From: an uncultured Actinomycetes bacterium
Lineage (GTDB): Bacteria; Actinomycetota; Acidimicrobiia; IMCC26256; PALSA-555
Reading direction: 5' to 3'
Length of the DNA stretch: 64,000 nt
Assembly: GCA_903899845.1 (NCBI GenBank)
Contig: CAIUKV010000038.1
Span: 346-64,345, forward strand
Position numbers and translations under genes: made by a program
The notes under the pieces: generated by a model
What the model was told of the DNA's origin: nothing
The model's database searches: none
Seen by the model: only the letters and a program-made list of their open reading frames with translations
Shown here: positions 25,448-34,376 of the stretch, one piece after another
Position numbering within the stretch: the stretch's first letter is position 1
Layout: each line of letters begins with the position of its first letter

Positions 25448-25690
25448 ATGACCTACGAAGACATGCCCAAGCCCGAGCCCAAGGAGATCGACGAGCAGAA
25501 CTGGGTCGTGCTGGGCCACCTCATCTCGAACGAGGTCCTCCGGGGCCGGCCGCAGGGCGACGAGCGCTGCGACAACTGCCTCTACTACATGGACCCGTCG
25601 ACCGACATCTCGTACTGCTGGCACCCGCGCGTGCGGATCCTGGTCGGCGACCAGTGGTGGTGCCAGTGGTGGGAGCCGATCACGGAGTGA
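25448..25690 (+). CDS. small Cys/Trp-rich protein, HiPIP-like Cys spacing
   Basis: ORF 25448..25690. CDNC-x11-C-x13-C with WWCQWW around the last Cys. TAGGCT lies 7 nt upstream of the ATG. Confidence 0.55.
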   Translation: MTYEDMPKPEPKEIDEQNWVVLGHLISNEVLRGRPQGDERCDNCLYYMDPSTDISYCWHPRVRILVGDQWWCQWWEPITE

Positions 25691-25696
25691 TCCCGG

Positions 25697-27358
25697 TCAC
25701 CGGGCGGCGGTGAGGAGCATCGCCCCGCCCGGGGTCAGGCCCCCGTTGGTGAGGACGGCGACCTCGGCGCCCGCGACCTGACGGGCCCCGGCGTCACCCC
25801 GCAGCTGGGTGACCGCCTCGTGGAAGAACCCGAACCCGTGCGTGCGGCCGTGCGAGAGCTGGCCACCGTGGGGGTTGAGGGGGAGCTCCCCGCCGAGGCG
25901 GATGCGGTCGCCGCCGGCCAGGAAGTCGCCGGCCTCGCCGATCCCGCAGAACCCGAGCGCCTCGAGCCACGACAGGCAGTTGAACGAGAAGCCGTCGTAG
26001 AGGAGCGCGAGGTCCACGTCGGCGGGCGTGAGGGCCGAGCGGCTCCACAGGTGCGCGCTCGGGCCCAGGATCTGGGGCTCGTGGCTGATGGTCCCCTGGT
26101 CCCACTCGATCGGCTCGAGGATCTGCGTGCCCACCGACTCCACCAGGACCGGCGGGCGGGCCCGGTCGGCGGCCGCCTCGCGCGCCGACACGACGATCGC
26201 GATGGAGCCGTCGCACGGGATGTCGCAGTCGTAGAGCCCGAACGGCGTCGTGATCATCCGGGCTGCGTAGTAGTCGTCCATCGTCATCGGCTCGCGGTAG
26301 ATCGCGTCCGGGTTGAGGGACGCGTGATACCGCTGCGTGGTGGCGATCGCCCCGAGCGCGTCACGTGTCGTGCCGTAGCGGGCGAAGTGGTGCGACGCGT
26401 TGATCGCGAGGTTCACCGCGGCCGACCCCGCGCCGAACGGCAGGCTGAAGTCCATGGGGGCGGCCACCGCGCCCCGACCGTGCGGGCGGTCGAGACCCTG
26501 GCGCATCCGCTCGGTCGCGGTCGCCTCCCAGACGGTGCGGAAGCACAGGACGTGACGGCACAGGCCGGCGGCGACCGCGAGCATCGCGTTGACGACCGCG
26601 CCGCCCTGTCCGGGCAGGTCCCCACCCCCGGCGAACCAGGTCGGGCGCAGGCGGAGCGCCGCCTCGAGCGCGACGATGCCGCCCTCCGAGTGGCCGCCGG
26701 GCGCGGGGCCGGCGGGATAGGTCGACAGGCCGTCGATGTCGGCGAAGTCGAGGCCGGCGTCGGCCACCGCGCGGCGGCAGGCCTCGACCGTGAGCCCGAG
26801 CGGGTCGACCATCAGCCGCCGACCGAGCTGCGACATGCCGATCCCGGTGATCGCCACCCGTTCCTCGAACTTCTCGGTGGTCCGCATCGGCCGGACGTGT
26901 CGCCGGGTCTCCTCGGGGTCGACCGCGAGCGGCGGAAGCTCGGGTGCGGGGGTCTCGCCGGTGGGCCGGAACAACGGGAACCAGGTCCCGCCGTCCTCGG
27001 CGAACTCGACCGCGACCGGCATCCCCACGAACACCTCGTCGGGGGCCACCCCGACCACGTTGGTCGTGCAGAAGACCCGGGGGTCCTCCTCGAGTGCGAC
27101 CGAGGCCACGACGTAGGGCGGCGCGAACATCGGGAGCCACTGCTGGTGGTTGACCGTGCAGCCGACCACGGTGCCCCGGCCGCTCACCGGGGTCGGGGTC
27201 AGGCGCGCCCCGCGGCAGTAGTGGCACACCGGCTTGGGCGGGTGCACGAGCTGGGCGCAGTCGTCGCAGCGCAGCACCCGCAGGACCCCGTCGGCGCCCG
27301 AGGTCCAGAAGAACTCCGCCTCGGGCATCCGGTAGGGCTGGGGACGGTCGGTGACCAC
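25697..27358 (-). CDS. DUF35 (Zn-ribbon/OB-fold) fused to a thiolase-like (SCP-x/lipid-transfer type) domain
   Basis: Real part of ORF 25697..27418. CDDC..CHYC Zn ribbon plus OB segment, then a thiolase-like body (ITGIGMSQLGR .. NPHGGQLSHG). GGAGG lies 6 nt before the GTG at 27358. Confidence 0.85.
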   Translation of the reverse strand: MVTDRPQPYRMPEAEFFWTSGADGVLRVLRCDDCAQLVHPPKPVCHYCRGARLTPTPVSGRGTVVGCTVNHQQWLPMFAPPYVVASVALEEDPRVFCTTNVVGVAPDEVFVGMPVAVEFAEDGGTWFPLFRPTGETPAPELPPLAVDPEETRRHVRPMRTTEKFEERVAITGIGMSQLGRRLMVDPLGLTVEACRRAVADAGLDFADIDGLSTYPAGPAPGGHSEGGIVALEAALRLRPTWFAGGGDLPGQGGAVVNAMLAVAAGLCRHVLCFRTVWEATATERMRQGLDRPHGRGAVAAPMDFSLPFGAGSAAVNLAINASHHFARYGTTRDALGAIATTQRYHASLNPDAIYREPMTMDDYYAARMITTPFGLYDCDIPCDGSIAIVVSAREAAADRARPPVLVESVGTQILEPIEWDQGTISHEPQILGPSAHLWSRSALTPADVDLALLYDGFSFNCLSWLEALGFCGIGEAGDFLAGGDRIRLGGELPLNPHGGQLSHGRTHGFGFFHEAVTQLRGDAGARQVAGAEVAVLTNGGLTPGGAMLLTAAR

Positions 27359-27473
27359 GGGAACCTCCGGGCTCGGGCGGGCTCGGGACGGACGCGCGCG
27401 AGCCTGGCCCAGGCGCACGCGCCCGGGCGAACCGTCGGGGGCGCGCCCCGGCCGGGCCCCGGGGCCGTCCCGG

Positions 27474-27479
27474 TAGCGT
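27474..27479 (+). promoter_or_regulatory. -10 box TAGCGT, leaderless start ATG 27487
   Basis: TANNNT 7 nt upstream of the start. Confidence 0.5.
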
Positions 27480-27486
27480 CGCGTGC

Positions 27487-28080
27487 ATGAAGATCGTCGT
27501 CGCCGCCCTCAAGGGCGGGGTGGGCAAGACCACCACCAGCATCTACCTCGCCGCCCTCGCCGCCGCCGCCCGCAAGGACGTCCTCGTGGTGGACGCCGAT
27601 CCCCAGGGCAGCGCCGCCGACTGGATCGAGTCGGCCGAGGACCCGGCGCTCGAGCAGGTCGCGCTGGTGGAGGCGCCCACCGAGCGGCTCCTGGCCAAGG
27701 CGCTGGCGGGCGCCGCCCCCGAGCAGGTCGTGGTGGTGGACTCGCCCCCGGGCAACGAGCGGATCATCGGCCACGCGCTCGAGCAGGCCGACGTCGTGGT
27801 GATCCCGACCCGGGTCGGCGGGGTCGAGTGGCCCCGGGTCGACGTGGTCCGCCAGATGATCCCGCGTCGCACCCCGTTCGGGCTCGCGATCTGCTCGGCC
27901 CGGACCTTCACCCGCGACTACGGCGAGACCGTGCAGTACTGGGCCGACCACGACGTCGAGGTCTGGGGCACGATCCCCGAGCGGGTCTCGGTCGCCGCCG
28001 GCCCCGACCGGTTCCTGTCGGAGGACGGCCTCGACGCCTACCGCCCGCTCTGGCGCACGGTGCTGCGCCGCTCCGCCTGA
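27487..28080 (+). CDS. ParA/MinD-family P-loop ATPase (orphan, no parB nearby)
   Basis: ORF 27487..28080. Deviant Walker A KGGVGKTT, plus VVDADPQGS. TAGCGT lies 7 nt upstream of the ATG. Confidence 0.85.
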   Translation: MKIVVAALKGGVGKTTTSIYLAALAAAARKDVLVVDADPQGSAADWIESAEDPALEQVALVEAPTERLLAKALAGAAPEQVVVVDSPPGNERIIGHALEQADVVVIPTRVGGVEWPRVDVVRQMIPRRTPFGLAICSARTFTRDYGETVQYWADHDVEVWGTIPERVSVAAGPDRFLSEDGLDAYRPLWRTVLRRSA

Positions 28081-28181
28081 CCCGGGCACCCCGGGCGTCG
28101 CGGGCCCCGTCGGCGGGCGCTACCGTCTCTGACGCTGCGTCAGATCCCCGGGGCGGGCGCCCCGGAGCCACGGAGGGTCCC

Positions 28182-29384
28182 ATGGCCGACCGCTACACGA
28201 TCATCTCCACCGACACCCACGCCGGTGGGAGCCACGAGCAGTACCGCGAGTACCTCGACCCGGCGTACCGCGACGACTTCGACGCGTGGCGGGGCCAGTA
28301 CAAGAACCCCTGGAAGGACCTGCGCGACACCGACCTGCGCATCCGCAACTGGGACGACGACCGCCGCAACGCCGACCAGCTCGCCGACGGCGTGGTCGGC
28401 GAGGTGATCTTCCCGAACACGGTCCCGCCGTTCTACCCCGGGTTCGTGCTCTTCGCCCCGCCGCCCCGGCCCGACCAGTACGAGCACCGCCTGGCCGGGA
28501 TCCGCGCCCACAACCGGTGGCTGGTCGACTTCTGCAACCAGTTCCCCGAGCGGCGGGCCGGCGTCGGCCAGATCTTCCTCAACGACGTCGACGACGCGAT
28601 CGCCGACGCGATCTGGATCAAGGAGCACGGCCTGCGTGGCGGCATCCTGCTCCCCAACATCCCGCCCGACTGCAAGCACGTCGCCCCGCTCTACGACCCG
28701 GTCTACGACCCGCTCTGGAAGACCCTCGAGGAGCTGGAGATCCCGGTCAACGCCCACGGCGGCACCGGATCCCCCGACTACGGCAAGCACGCCGCCACGC
28801 CGCTGCTGCTCATCACCGAGGTGCCCTTCTACTCGCAGCGGCCGCTCGTCTACTTCATCCTCGGCGGCGTGTTCGCGCGCTTCCCGGACCTGAAGTTCGT
28901 GCTCACCGAGACCGGGAGCGCCTGGCTTCCCGGCCTCCTGCGCGACCTCGACCGCACGCTGGGCCAGGTGCGCAAGGGGTCCATCGGCGAGCTCAAGTAC
29001 CGCGCCGAGGACGCGATCACGGGGTCGGCGACCGACTACGTCATGCAGAACGTCTACGTGGCGGCGAGCCAGCCCGGGCCGCTCGACGCCAAGATCGCCG
29101 ACTTCCTGCCCGCCGACCGGTACATGTGGGGCAGCGACTACCCCCACGACGAGGGCACCGGCCCGTACACCCGGGAGCACCTGCGTCAGATCTTCCACGA
29201 CGCACCCGAGGACAAGCTCCGTCGGATCCTCGCCGAGAACGCGGCGAAGCTCTACGGCTTCGACCTCGACGCCCTCGCGCCGCTCGCCGCGGAGTACGGA
29301 CCGACGGTCGAGGAGATCCGCCAGCCCCTCACCGAGCTGCCCGAGAACCCGAACATGGCCCTGCTGCGGGGCGCGGCGGCCTGA
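28182..29384 (+). CDS. amidohydrolase family protein (PF04909-like)
   Basis: Real part of ORF 27483..29384 from MADRYTIISTDTHAGG after a GGAGGG SD. C-terminal WGSDYPHDEG. Confidence 0.9.
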   Translation: MADRYTIISTDTHAGGSHEQYREYLDPAYRDDFDAWRGQYKNPWKDLRDTDLRIRNWDDDRRNADQLADGVVGEVIFPNTVPPFYPGFVLFAPPPRPDQYEHRLAGIRAHNRWLVDFCNQFPERRAGVGQIFLNDVDDAIADAIWIKEHGLRGGILLPNIPPDCKHVAPLYDPVYDPLWKTLEELEIPVNAHGGTGSPDYGKHAATPLLLITEVPFYSQRPLVYFILGGVFARFPDLKFVLTETGSAWLPGLLRDLDRTLGQVRKGSIGELKYRAEDAITGSATDYVMQNVYVAASQPGPLDAKIADFLPADRYMWGSDYPHDEGTGPYTREHLRQIFHDAPEDKLRRILAENAAKLYGFDLDALAPLAAEYGPTVEEIRQPLTELPENPNMALLRGAAA

Positions 29385-29393
29385 GGCCCCGCA

Positions 29394-29414
29394 CCCCCGG
29401 CGCCGGTCCGGGGG
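29394..29414. terminator. stem-loop between convergent genes (7-bp stem, 7-nt loop)
   Basis: cccccgg-cgccggt-ccggggg, between the stop at 29384 (+) and the stop at 29418 (-). Confidence 0.4.
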
Positions 29415-29417
29415 GCA

Positions 29418-30659
29418 TCAACCCGTCGCGGGTCGGCCCGGGACGAACGGCACCCGCTTGAAGCCGTGCACGTTGCTCATGTGCACGCGCTCCAGGCCCG
29501 CCTCGTCCACCGAGTGGTCCGGGAACCGGCGGGCCAGCTCCTCCAACGCCACGCGGCTCTCGAGCCGGGCCAGCGCCGCCCCGAGGCAGAAGTGGACCCC
29601 GTGCCCGAAGCCGAGGGCCACGTGCTCACCGCGCGCGATGTCGAAGCGGTCCGGATCGGGGTACGCGCGCTCGTCGCGGTTGGCCGAGCCGGTGAGCAAC
29701 AGCAGCCGCGCGCCCGCCGGCACGGTCACGCCGTGCCGGGTCACCGGCTCGGTGCACACCCGACCCTGGTACTGCGACGGCGCCCAGTAGCGCAGGGTCT
29801 CCTCGACCGCACCGGGGATCGTCGACCGGTCGGCCAGGACCGCGCGCCACTGGTCGGGGTTGCGCTGGAAGAGCACGACCGCGTTGGCCAGCAGCTTCGT
29901 CACCGTCTCGGTGCCCGCCGAGCCGATCAGCTGGCAGAAGCCGAGCACCTCCTCGTCGGTGAGGCGGGTGGCGACCCCGTCGTCACCGACGACCTCGGCC
30001 TCCAGCAGCCGGCTCAGCATGCGGTCGTCGGGCCGGGCCCGCTTCTCGGCGAGCAGACCGGCCCAGTACTCGTGCATCTCCACCATGGCCACGAATGCGT
30101 GCTCGGGAATGTACGGGGGCTCCTCGGTCCGCTCGAGGGTCGCGTCGATGACGGTCCGCAGGCGGTCACGGTCGGCCTCGGGCACTCCGATGAGCTCCAT
30201 GATCACGTTGGACGGAAGGAGCGCCGAGAAGTCCTCGACGAAGTCGCCCCCACCCTGCTCGGCGAGCCGGTCGAGGAAGCGTCCGGCGAGGTCGCGGACG
30301 AACGGCTCGAGCTCGTTGATGGCCCGAGGCGTGAACGCCCGGCTCACCAGCCGACGCTGCCGGTCGTGACGGGGCGGGTCCATGAAGATGATCATCGGCG
30401 GGATCACCGAGGTGTCGATCTGCTCGAGGGTCGTGCCCTCGGCCGACGACAGGAGCGTGGGCTGCTGGGAGCCCCACAGCACGTCCTCGTGGCGCGACCA
30501 CGCGTACCACCCGTCGGGGTGCCGGTACACGGGATCGTGGTCGCGCAGCCACCGGTAGACCGGGTACGGATCCTCGTGGAACTCGTGGGAGAACGGGTTC
30601 AGCTCCACCGTGGGGCTCCTCGGATCGGTCGCGGCGACGGGGTCGACGGCTCCGCTCAC
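29418..30659 (-). CDS. cytochrome P450
   Basis: Real part of ORF 29418..30857. FGHGVHFCLG, EETLRY, AGTETV. The GTG overlaps the upstream stop (GTGA). Confidence 0.9.
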   Translation of the reverse strand: MSGAVDPVAATDPRSPTVELNPFSHEFHEDPYPVYRWLRDHDPVYRHPDGWYAWSRHEDVLWGSQQPTLLSSAEGTTLEQIDTSVIPPMIIFMDPPRHDRQRRLVSRAFTPRAINELEPFVRDLAGRFLDRLAEQGGGDFVEDFSALLPSNVIMELIGVPEADRDRLRTVIDATLERTEEPPYIPEHAFVAMVEMHEYWAGLLAEKRARPDDRMLSRLLEAEVVGDDGVATRLTDEEVLGFCQLIGSAGTETVTKLLANAVVLFQRNPDQWRAVLADRSTIPGAVEETLRYWAPSQYQGRVCTEPVTRHGVTVPAGARLLLLTGSANRDERAYPDPDRFDIARGEHVALGFGHGVHFCLGAALARLESRVALEELARRFPDHSVDEAGLERVHMSNVHGFKRVPFVPGRPATG

Positions 30660-31573
30660 TTCACCGCGAGGGGGTTGAGCGGCGTCCCCACCGCGTTGGC
30701 GATCTTCAGGGCCGGCGCGCAGAGCAGGAACTCGTAGACCCCGTCGGTGGCGCAGTCGGCGGCGAGGGCCTCGAGGTCGAACATCTCGCCGAGCGTCATC
30801 CCCATGTCGCGGATCAGCACGTAGTGCACCGGCATCCGCAGATCGGGATCCGGGCACGGGTACTGCTCGACCCCCCAGTTGTCGGCCGCCACCGCGGCGA
30901 CGTCACGTTCGTGGAGCCAGCGGCAGCACTCGACCGTCAGACCCGGCTCGCGCATCATGAAGTCGGTGGCCGACTGCTCGCGGAACACCCGGGTCCATCC
31001 GGTGCGGAGCAGGACGATGTCGCCGTCGCGCACCTCGACCCCCTGCGCTGCGCACGTGGCGTCGAGCTCGGCGGGGGTGATGCCGTGGTCGGGCTCCAGG
31101 CAGTCGACGCCGTGCAGTCGGGCGACGTCGAGCAGGACCCCACGCCCGATGACGCCGCGGGCCAACGCGTCGATGGCCAACCGAGACGCGCCCCCACGCG
31201 CCGTGACCGCGTCGATCGACACGCCGTTGTAACAGACGTCGTCGTAGAACACGTGGGCGAGGCCGTCCCACTGCGTGGCGCACTGCAGGGGCATGAAGAT
31301 GAAGTCGTCGGTGAAGCCGCCACCGTCGGGGAAACGGGGCTCGCCGGTCACCGACATCAGGTGCACCGGGTTGATGCGGCCGCCGAGGCCGATCTGGGGG
31401 CCGTTCGCCCCGAGCGTGTAGCCGAGGTCGAAGACGCGCCCGGTGCGGGCCAGGGCCGCCGCCGCGGCGACGTGGGCCGGGGTGACGAGGTTGAGCGTGC
31501 CCAGCTCGTCGTCGGGACCCCACCGGCCCCAGTTCGACAGCTCGCGCCCCAACGCCCGGAAGTCGATCGCCAC
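30656..31573 (-). CDS. cyclase-family (kynurenine formamidase-like) protein, non-canonical metal motif
   Basis: ORF 30656..31573. Fold-typical NWGRWGPDDELGTLN start. The usual HxGTHxDxxxH position reads QCATQWDGLAH. Confidence 0.75.
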   Translation of the reverse strand: MAIDFRALGRELSNWGRWGPDDELGTLNLVTPAHVAAAAALARTGRVFDLGYTLGANGPQIGLGGRINPVHLMSVTGEPRFPDGGGFTDDFIFMPLQCATQWDGLAHVFYDDVCYNGVSIDAVTARGGASRLAIDALARGVIGRGVLLDVARLHGVDCLEPDHGITPAELDATCAAQGVEVRDGDIVLLRTGWTRVFREQSATDFMMREPGLTVECCRWLHERDVAAVAADNWGVEQYPCPDPDLRMPVHYVLIRDMGMTLGEMFDLEALAADCATDGVYEFLLCAPALKIANAVGTPLNPLAVK

Positions 31574-31646
31574 GGTGTCCCCCCTCGTCGGCGCCTCGTC
31601 GGCGGTCCGGATCGTAGGCCGGAGCCGGCGCCCACGCCCGGGGCGC

Positions 31647-32441
31647 TCAGGCCGGGACGGCGCGGGTGGTCGCGACCGCGGCGATGCCCCCGGTCGACGC
31701 GTCGCGCACCTCGACCCGGGCCATGCCGCCGTGGGCGTCGGCCGTGGCCACCGCCGGGCCCACCCGGACCCCCCGGACGAACCGCAGGTGGATCGACTCG
31801 AGCCGGGCCGCGCCCGGATCCGCCGCCAGGGCCGCCTCCTCGGCGACCACTGCGAGCATGCCCCCGTTGATCGCCGCGGCGCCGTTGTGCACCACCGAGG
31901 TGCTCGGCAGCACCGCGGTCCCCGGGCCGGTGCGGACGCAGCCGATCCGCTCGGCGATCGGCACGGAGAGCGTGCCGCGCGGCGTCCCGAAGCGGCCGAG
32001 CACCTCGTCGAGGTCGGGGGACCGGAACCCGGGTTCGGGGATGGCCATGAACGCGCCGCTCCCGTAGCCGACCACCCGGCCGGCGGGGGACCGGAACTCC
32101 ATGTCGGTGACGATGACGTTCCGGCCCGCGCGCACCAGGCGCGACACGCCGAGCATGCGGTCGAGGCCGGCCGCCTCGGGGAAGAGGTGCACGTCGAGGT
32201 CGAGGGTCACGGGGAGCCGGGGCGCGAGGGCCCGGATGGCGTGGAGCCCGAGCACGGCGTCGGCCTGGGTCGCCGCCACCGAGGGCCGCACCACGTCGGT
32301 GCCCGGGGTGCACATCGTCTCGAGCACGGGGAACTCCCCGTGCAGCTCGTCGCCCACCGCCACGATGGTCAGGGCGAGCTCGGGCAGGACGCTGTCGTCG
32401 GCGAGCTGGTCGCCGGCGCGCTCGGGGGACGGGGCCGTCAT
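31647..32441 (-). CDS. double hotdog-fold thioesterase-like protein (PaaI-like)
   Basis: ORF 31647..32441. Two PaaI-like halves (NVIVTDMEF..GRVVGYGSGAFM and NGGMLAVVAEEA..ARVEVRD). Confidence 0.6.
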   Translation of the reverse strand: MTAPSPERAGDQLADDSVLPELALTIVAVGDELHGEFPVLETMCTPGTDVVRPSVAATQADAVLGLHAIRALAPRLPVTLDLDVHLFPEAAGLDRMLGVSRLVRAGRNVIVTDMEFRSPAGRVVGYGSGAFMAIPEPGFRSPDLDEVLGRFGTPRGTLSVPIAERIGCVRTGPGTAVLPSTSVVHNGAAAINGGMLAVVAEEAALAADPGAARLESIHLRFVRGVRVGPAVATADAHGGMARVEVRDASTGGIAAVATTRAVPA

Positions 32442-32488
32442 CGGGGCGGGAGGCTAGGCCGTCGGCCCCGCCCGCGCCCCGCCCGGGC

Positions 32489-32506
32489 CCGGACCCGGGG
32501 GTCCGG
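32489..32506. promoter_or_regulatory. inverted repeat CCGGACCC-GG-GGGTCCGG in a divergent intergenic region (operator candidate)
   Basis: 8+8 nt perfect arms between the hotdog gene (start 32441, minus) and the ADH gene (start 32614, plus). Confidence 0.3.
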
Positions 32507-32613
32507 ACCGGGGGGTGCGGCGCGGGTGGTGGGGCGGGGGTGGTGCACCCCGGCCGGAGTCGGTACGTTCCCCCCGGACGGCACCGGGAGGGTGCCCCGT
32601 GACGGGAGGGCCG

Positions 32614-33618
32614 ATGCGGCAGATCCGGGTGCACGGCCCCGACGACGTCCGCCTCGACCGGGTCGACCCACCGCGACCCGGGCCCCGCGACGCGGTGGTG
32701 CGGGTCGGCGCGTGCGGCATCTGCGGCTCCGACCTCTCCTACATCCACATGGGCGGGCTGACCGGGGCACCCATGTGCCTGGGTCACGAGGTGGCCGGGA
32801 TCGTCGACTGGGTCGGCGACGAGGTCCCCGGGGTCGTCGCCGGCGACCGCGTGATCGTGTACCCGACCGCTCCCGACGGCACCTCCATCGGCAGCGGCGC
32901 CGACGAGGGCGGCCTCTGCGACGCGCTCCTCGTGCGCAACGCCGCGGCCGGGGGTCGGCTGTTCCCCGTCCCCGCCGGGATGCCGCTGGCCCACGCCGCG
33001 CTCGGCGAGCCCCTCGGGATCGGGATGCAAGCGGTCAACCAGGCCGACGTCGCCCCGGGGGACTCGGTGGCGGTGTTCGGCTGCGGGCCCATCGGGCTGA
33101 TGGCCGTCGCCACGCTGCTGGACCGGGGGATCCACGACGTCGTGGCCGTGGACCTCAGCCCGACCCGCCGGGCCCTGGCCGAGCGCCTCGGCGCGCAGGC
33201 CGTGCTCGACCCGGCCGCCGACGACGTCTGGGCGGAGCTGGCCCGGCTGCACGGGACCGCACCGTTCCGCTTCGGCCCCACCCCCGCCACCGACGCCTTC
33301 ATCGAGGCGTCCGGCGCACCGTCGGTGATCGGCGACGTGATCCGCCACGGCCGGGTGGACGGGCGGATGGCCGTGGTCGCGCTGCACTTCGCGCCGGTGG
33401 CGACCGACTACCTCACCCTGCTGATGAAGCAGTTCACGATCCGGGGCTCGATCGAGTACCCGCCCCGGTTCGAGGACGCGGTCGGGCTCCTCGCCCGGCG
33501 CGACCTCTCCGACCTCGTCACCCACCGCTTCGACCTCGACGACTTCCACGCCGGCCTCACCCTCCTCGAGGGCTCCAAGGACTGCGGGAAGGTGATGATC
33601 ACCATGGGGGTGGAGTGA
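32614..33618 (+). CDS. Zn-dependent alcohol dehydrogenase (MDR family)
   Basis: Internal ATG of ORF 32515..33618 after a GGGAGGG SD. CGICGSDL, GHEVAG, GCGPIG. Confidence 0.85.
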   Translation: MRQIRVHGPDDVRLDRVDPPRPGPRDAVVRVGACGICGSDLSYIHMGGLTGAPMCLGHEVAGIVDWVGDEVPGVVAGDRVIVYPTAPDGTSIGSGADEGGLCDALLVRNAAAGGRLFPVPAGMPLAHAALGEPLGIGMQAVNQADVAPGDSVAVFGCGPIGLMAVATLLDRGIHDVVAVDLSPTRRALAERLGAQAVLDPAADDVWAELARLHGTAPFRFGPTPATDAFIEASGAPSVIGDVIRHGRVDGRMAVVALHFAPVATDYLTLLMKQFTIRGSIEYPPRFEDAVGLLARRDLSDLVTHRFDLDDFHAGLTLLEGSKDCGKVMITMGVE

Positions 33619-34373
33619 TGCCGGGACGCAACGCCGTCACCTTCGACTTCTCCGGCGCGACCGTGCTCGTCACCGGCGGCACCAGCGGCATCGGGCACGC
33701 CGTGGCCACCGCCTTCGCCGACGCGGGTGCCGCGGTGACCGTGACCGGGACCCGCCCGGCCCCGTCCGACTACCCGGACGTCGCGCTCGACCGGTTCACG
33801 TACCGCACGCTCGACACCCGCGACGCCGACGCGGTCGACCGGCTCGCCGCCGGGATCACCACGCTCGACGTGCTGGTGAACAACGCCGGCGCGAACTTCG
33901 CCGGCGGCGACGAGTGGGACCCGGACGGGTTCTCGGCCGCACTCGCCTGCAACGTCGAGGGGGCCGTGCGGCTCACGACCCGGCTGCGCGACGTCCTGCG
34001 GGCCAGCGACCTCCCCGGGGGCGCATCGGTCGTGAACGTCGTGTCGATGACCGCCTACCGCTCCACCACGATCGTGCCCGGGTACTCGGCCGCGAAGGCC
34101 GCCCTGCTCGCGATGACCCGGAACTTCGCCGTCCACTGGGTGGGCGACGGCATCCGGGTCAACGCGGTCGCCCCCGGCCTCGTGGCCACCCGCATGACCG
34201 CGCCGATGCACGACTGGCCCGAGCTCCTGGACGCCGAGCTGGCCAAGGCGGCGATGGACCGGATGGCCACCCCCGAGGAGGTCGCCGCCGCCGTGTGCTT
34301 CCTGTCGTCGTCGGCCTCGGCGTACACCACCGGAACCGCGTTCGCGGTCGACGGTGGGTACTTGGCGGTGTAG
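33618..34373 (+). CDS. SDR family oxidoreductase
   Basis: Tail of ORF 31443..34373 from MPGRNAVTFDF. TGGTSGIG and YSAAKAAL. The ATG shares 1 nt with the upstream TGA. Confidence 0.9.
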   Translation: MPGRNAVTFDFSGATVLVTGGTSGIGHAVATAFADAGAAVTVTGTRPAPSDYPDVALDRFTYRTLDTRDADAVDRLAAGITTLDVLVNNAGANFAGGDEWDPDGFSAALACNVEGAVRLTTRLRDVLRASDLPGGASVVNVVSMTAYRSTTIVPGYSAAKAALLAMTRNFAVHWVGDGIRVNAVAPGLVATRMTAPMHDWPELLDAELAKAAMDRMATPEEVAAAVCFLSSSASAYTTGTAFAVDGGYLAV

Positions 34374-34376
34374 CCC

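Noticed and set aside
27483-29384. 633-aa ORF suggesting a ParA-amidohydrolase fusion.
   Set aside because: Its first 233 codons are an Arg-rich frame overlapping the real parA-like ORF, which is in another frame. The amidohydrolase homology begins at ATG 28182, behind its own SD.
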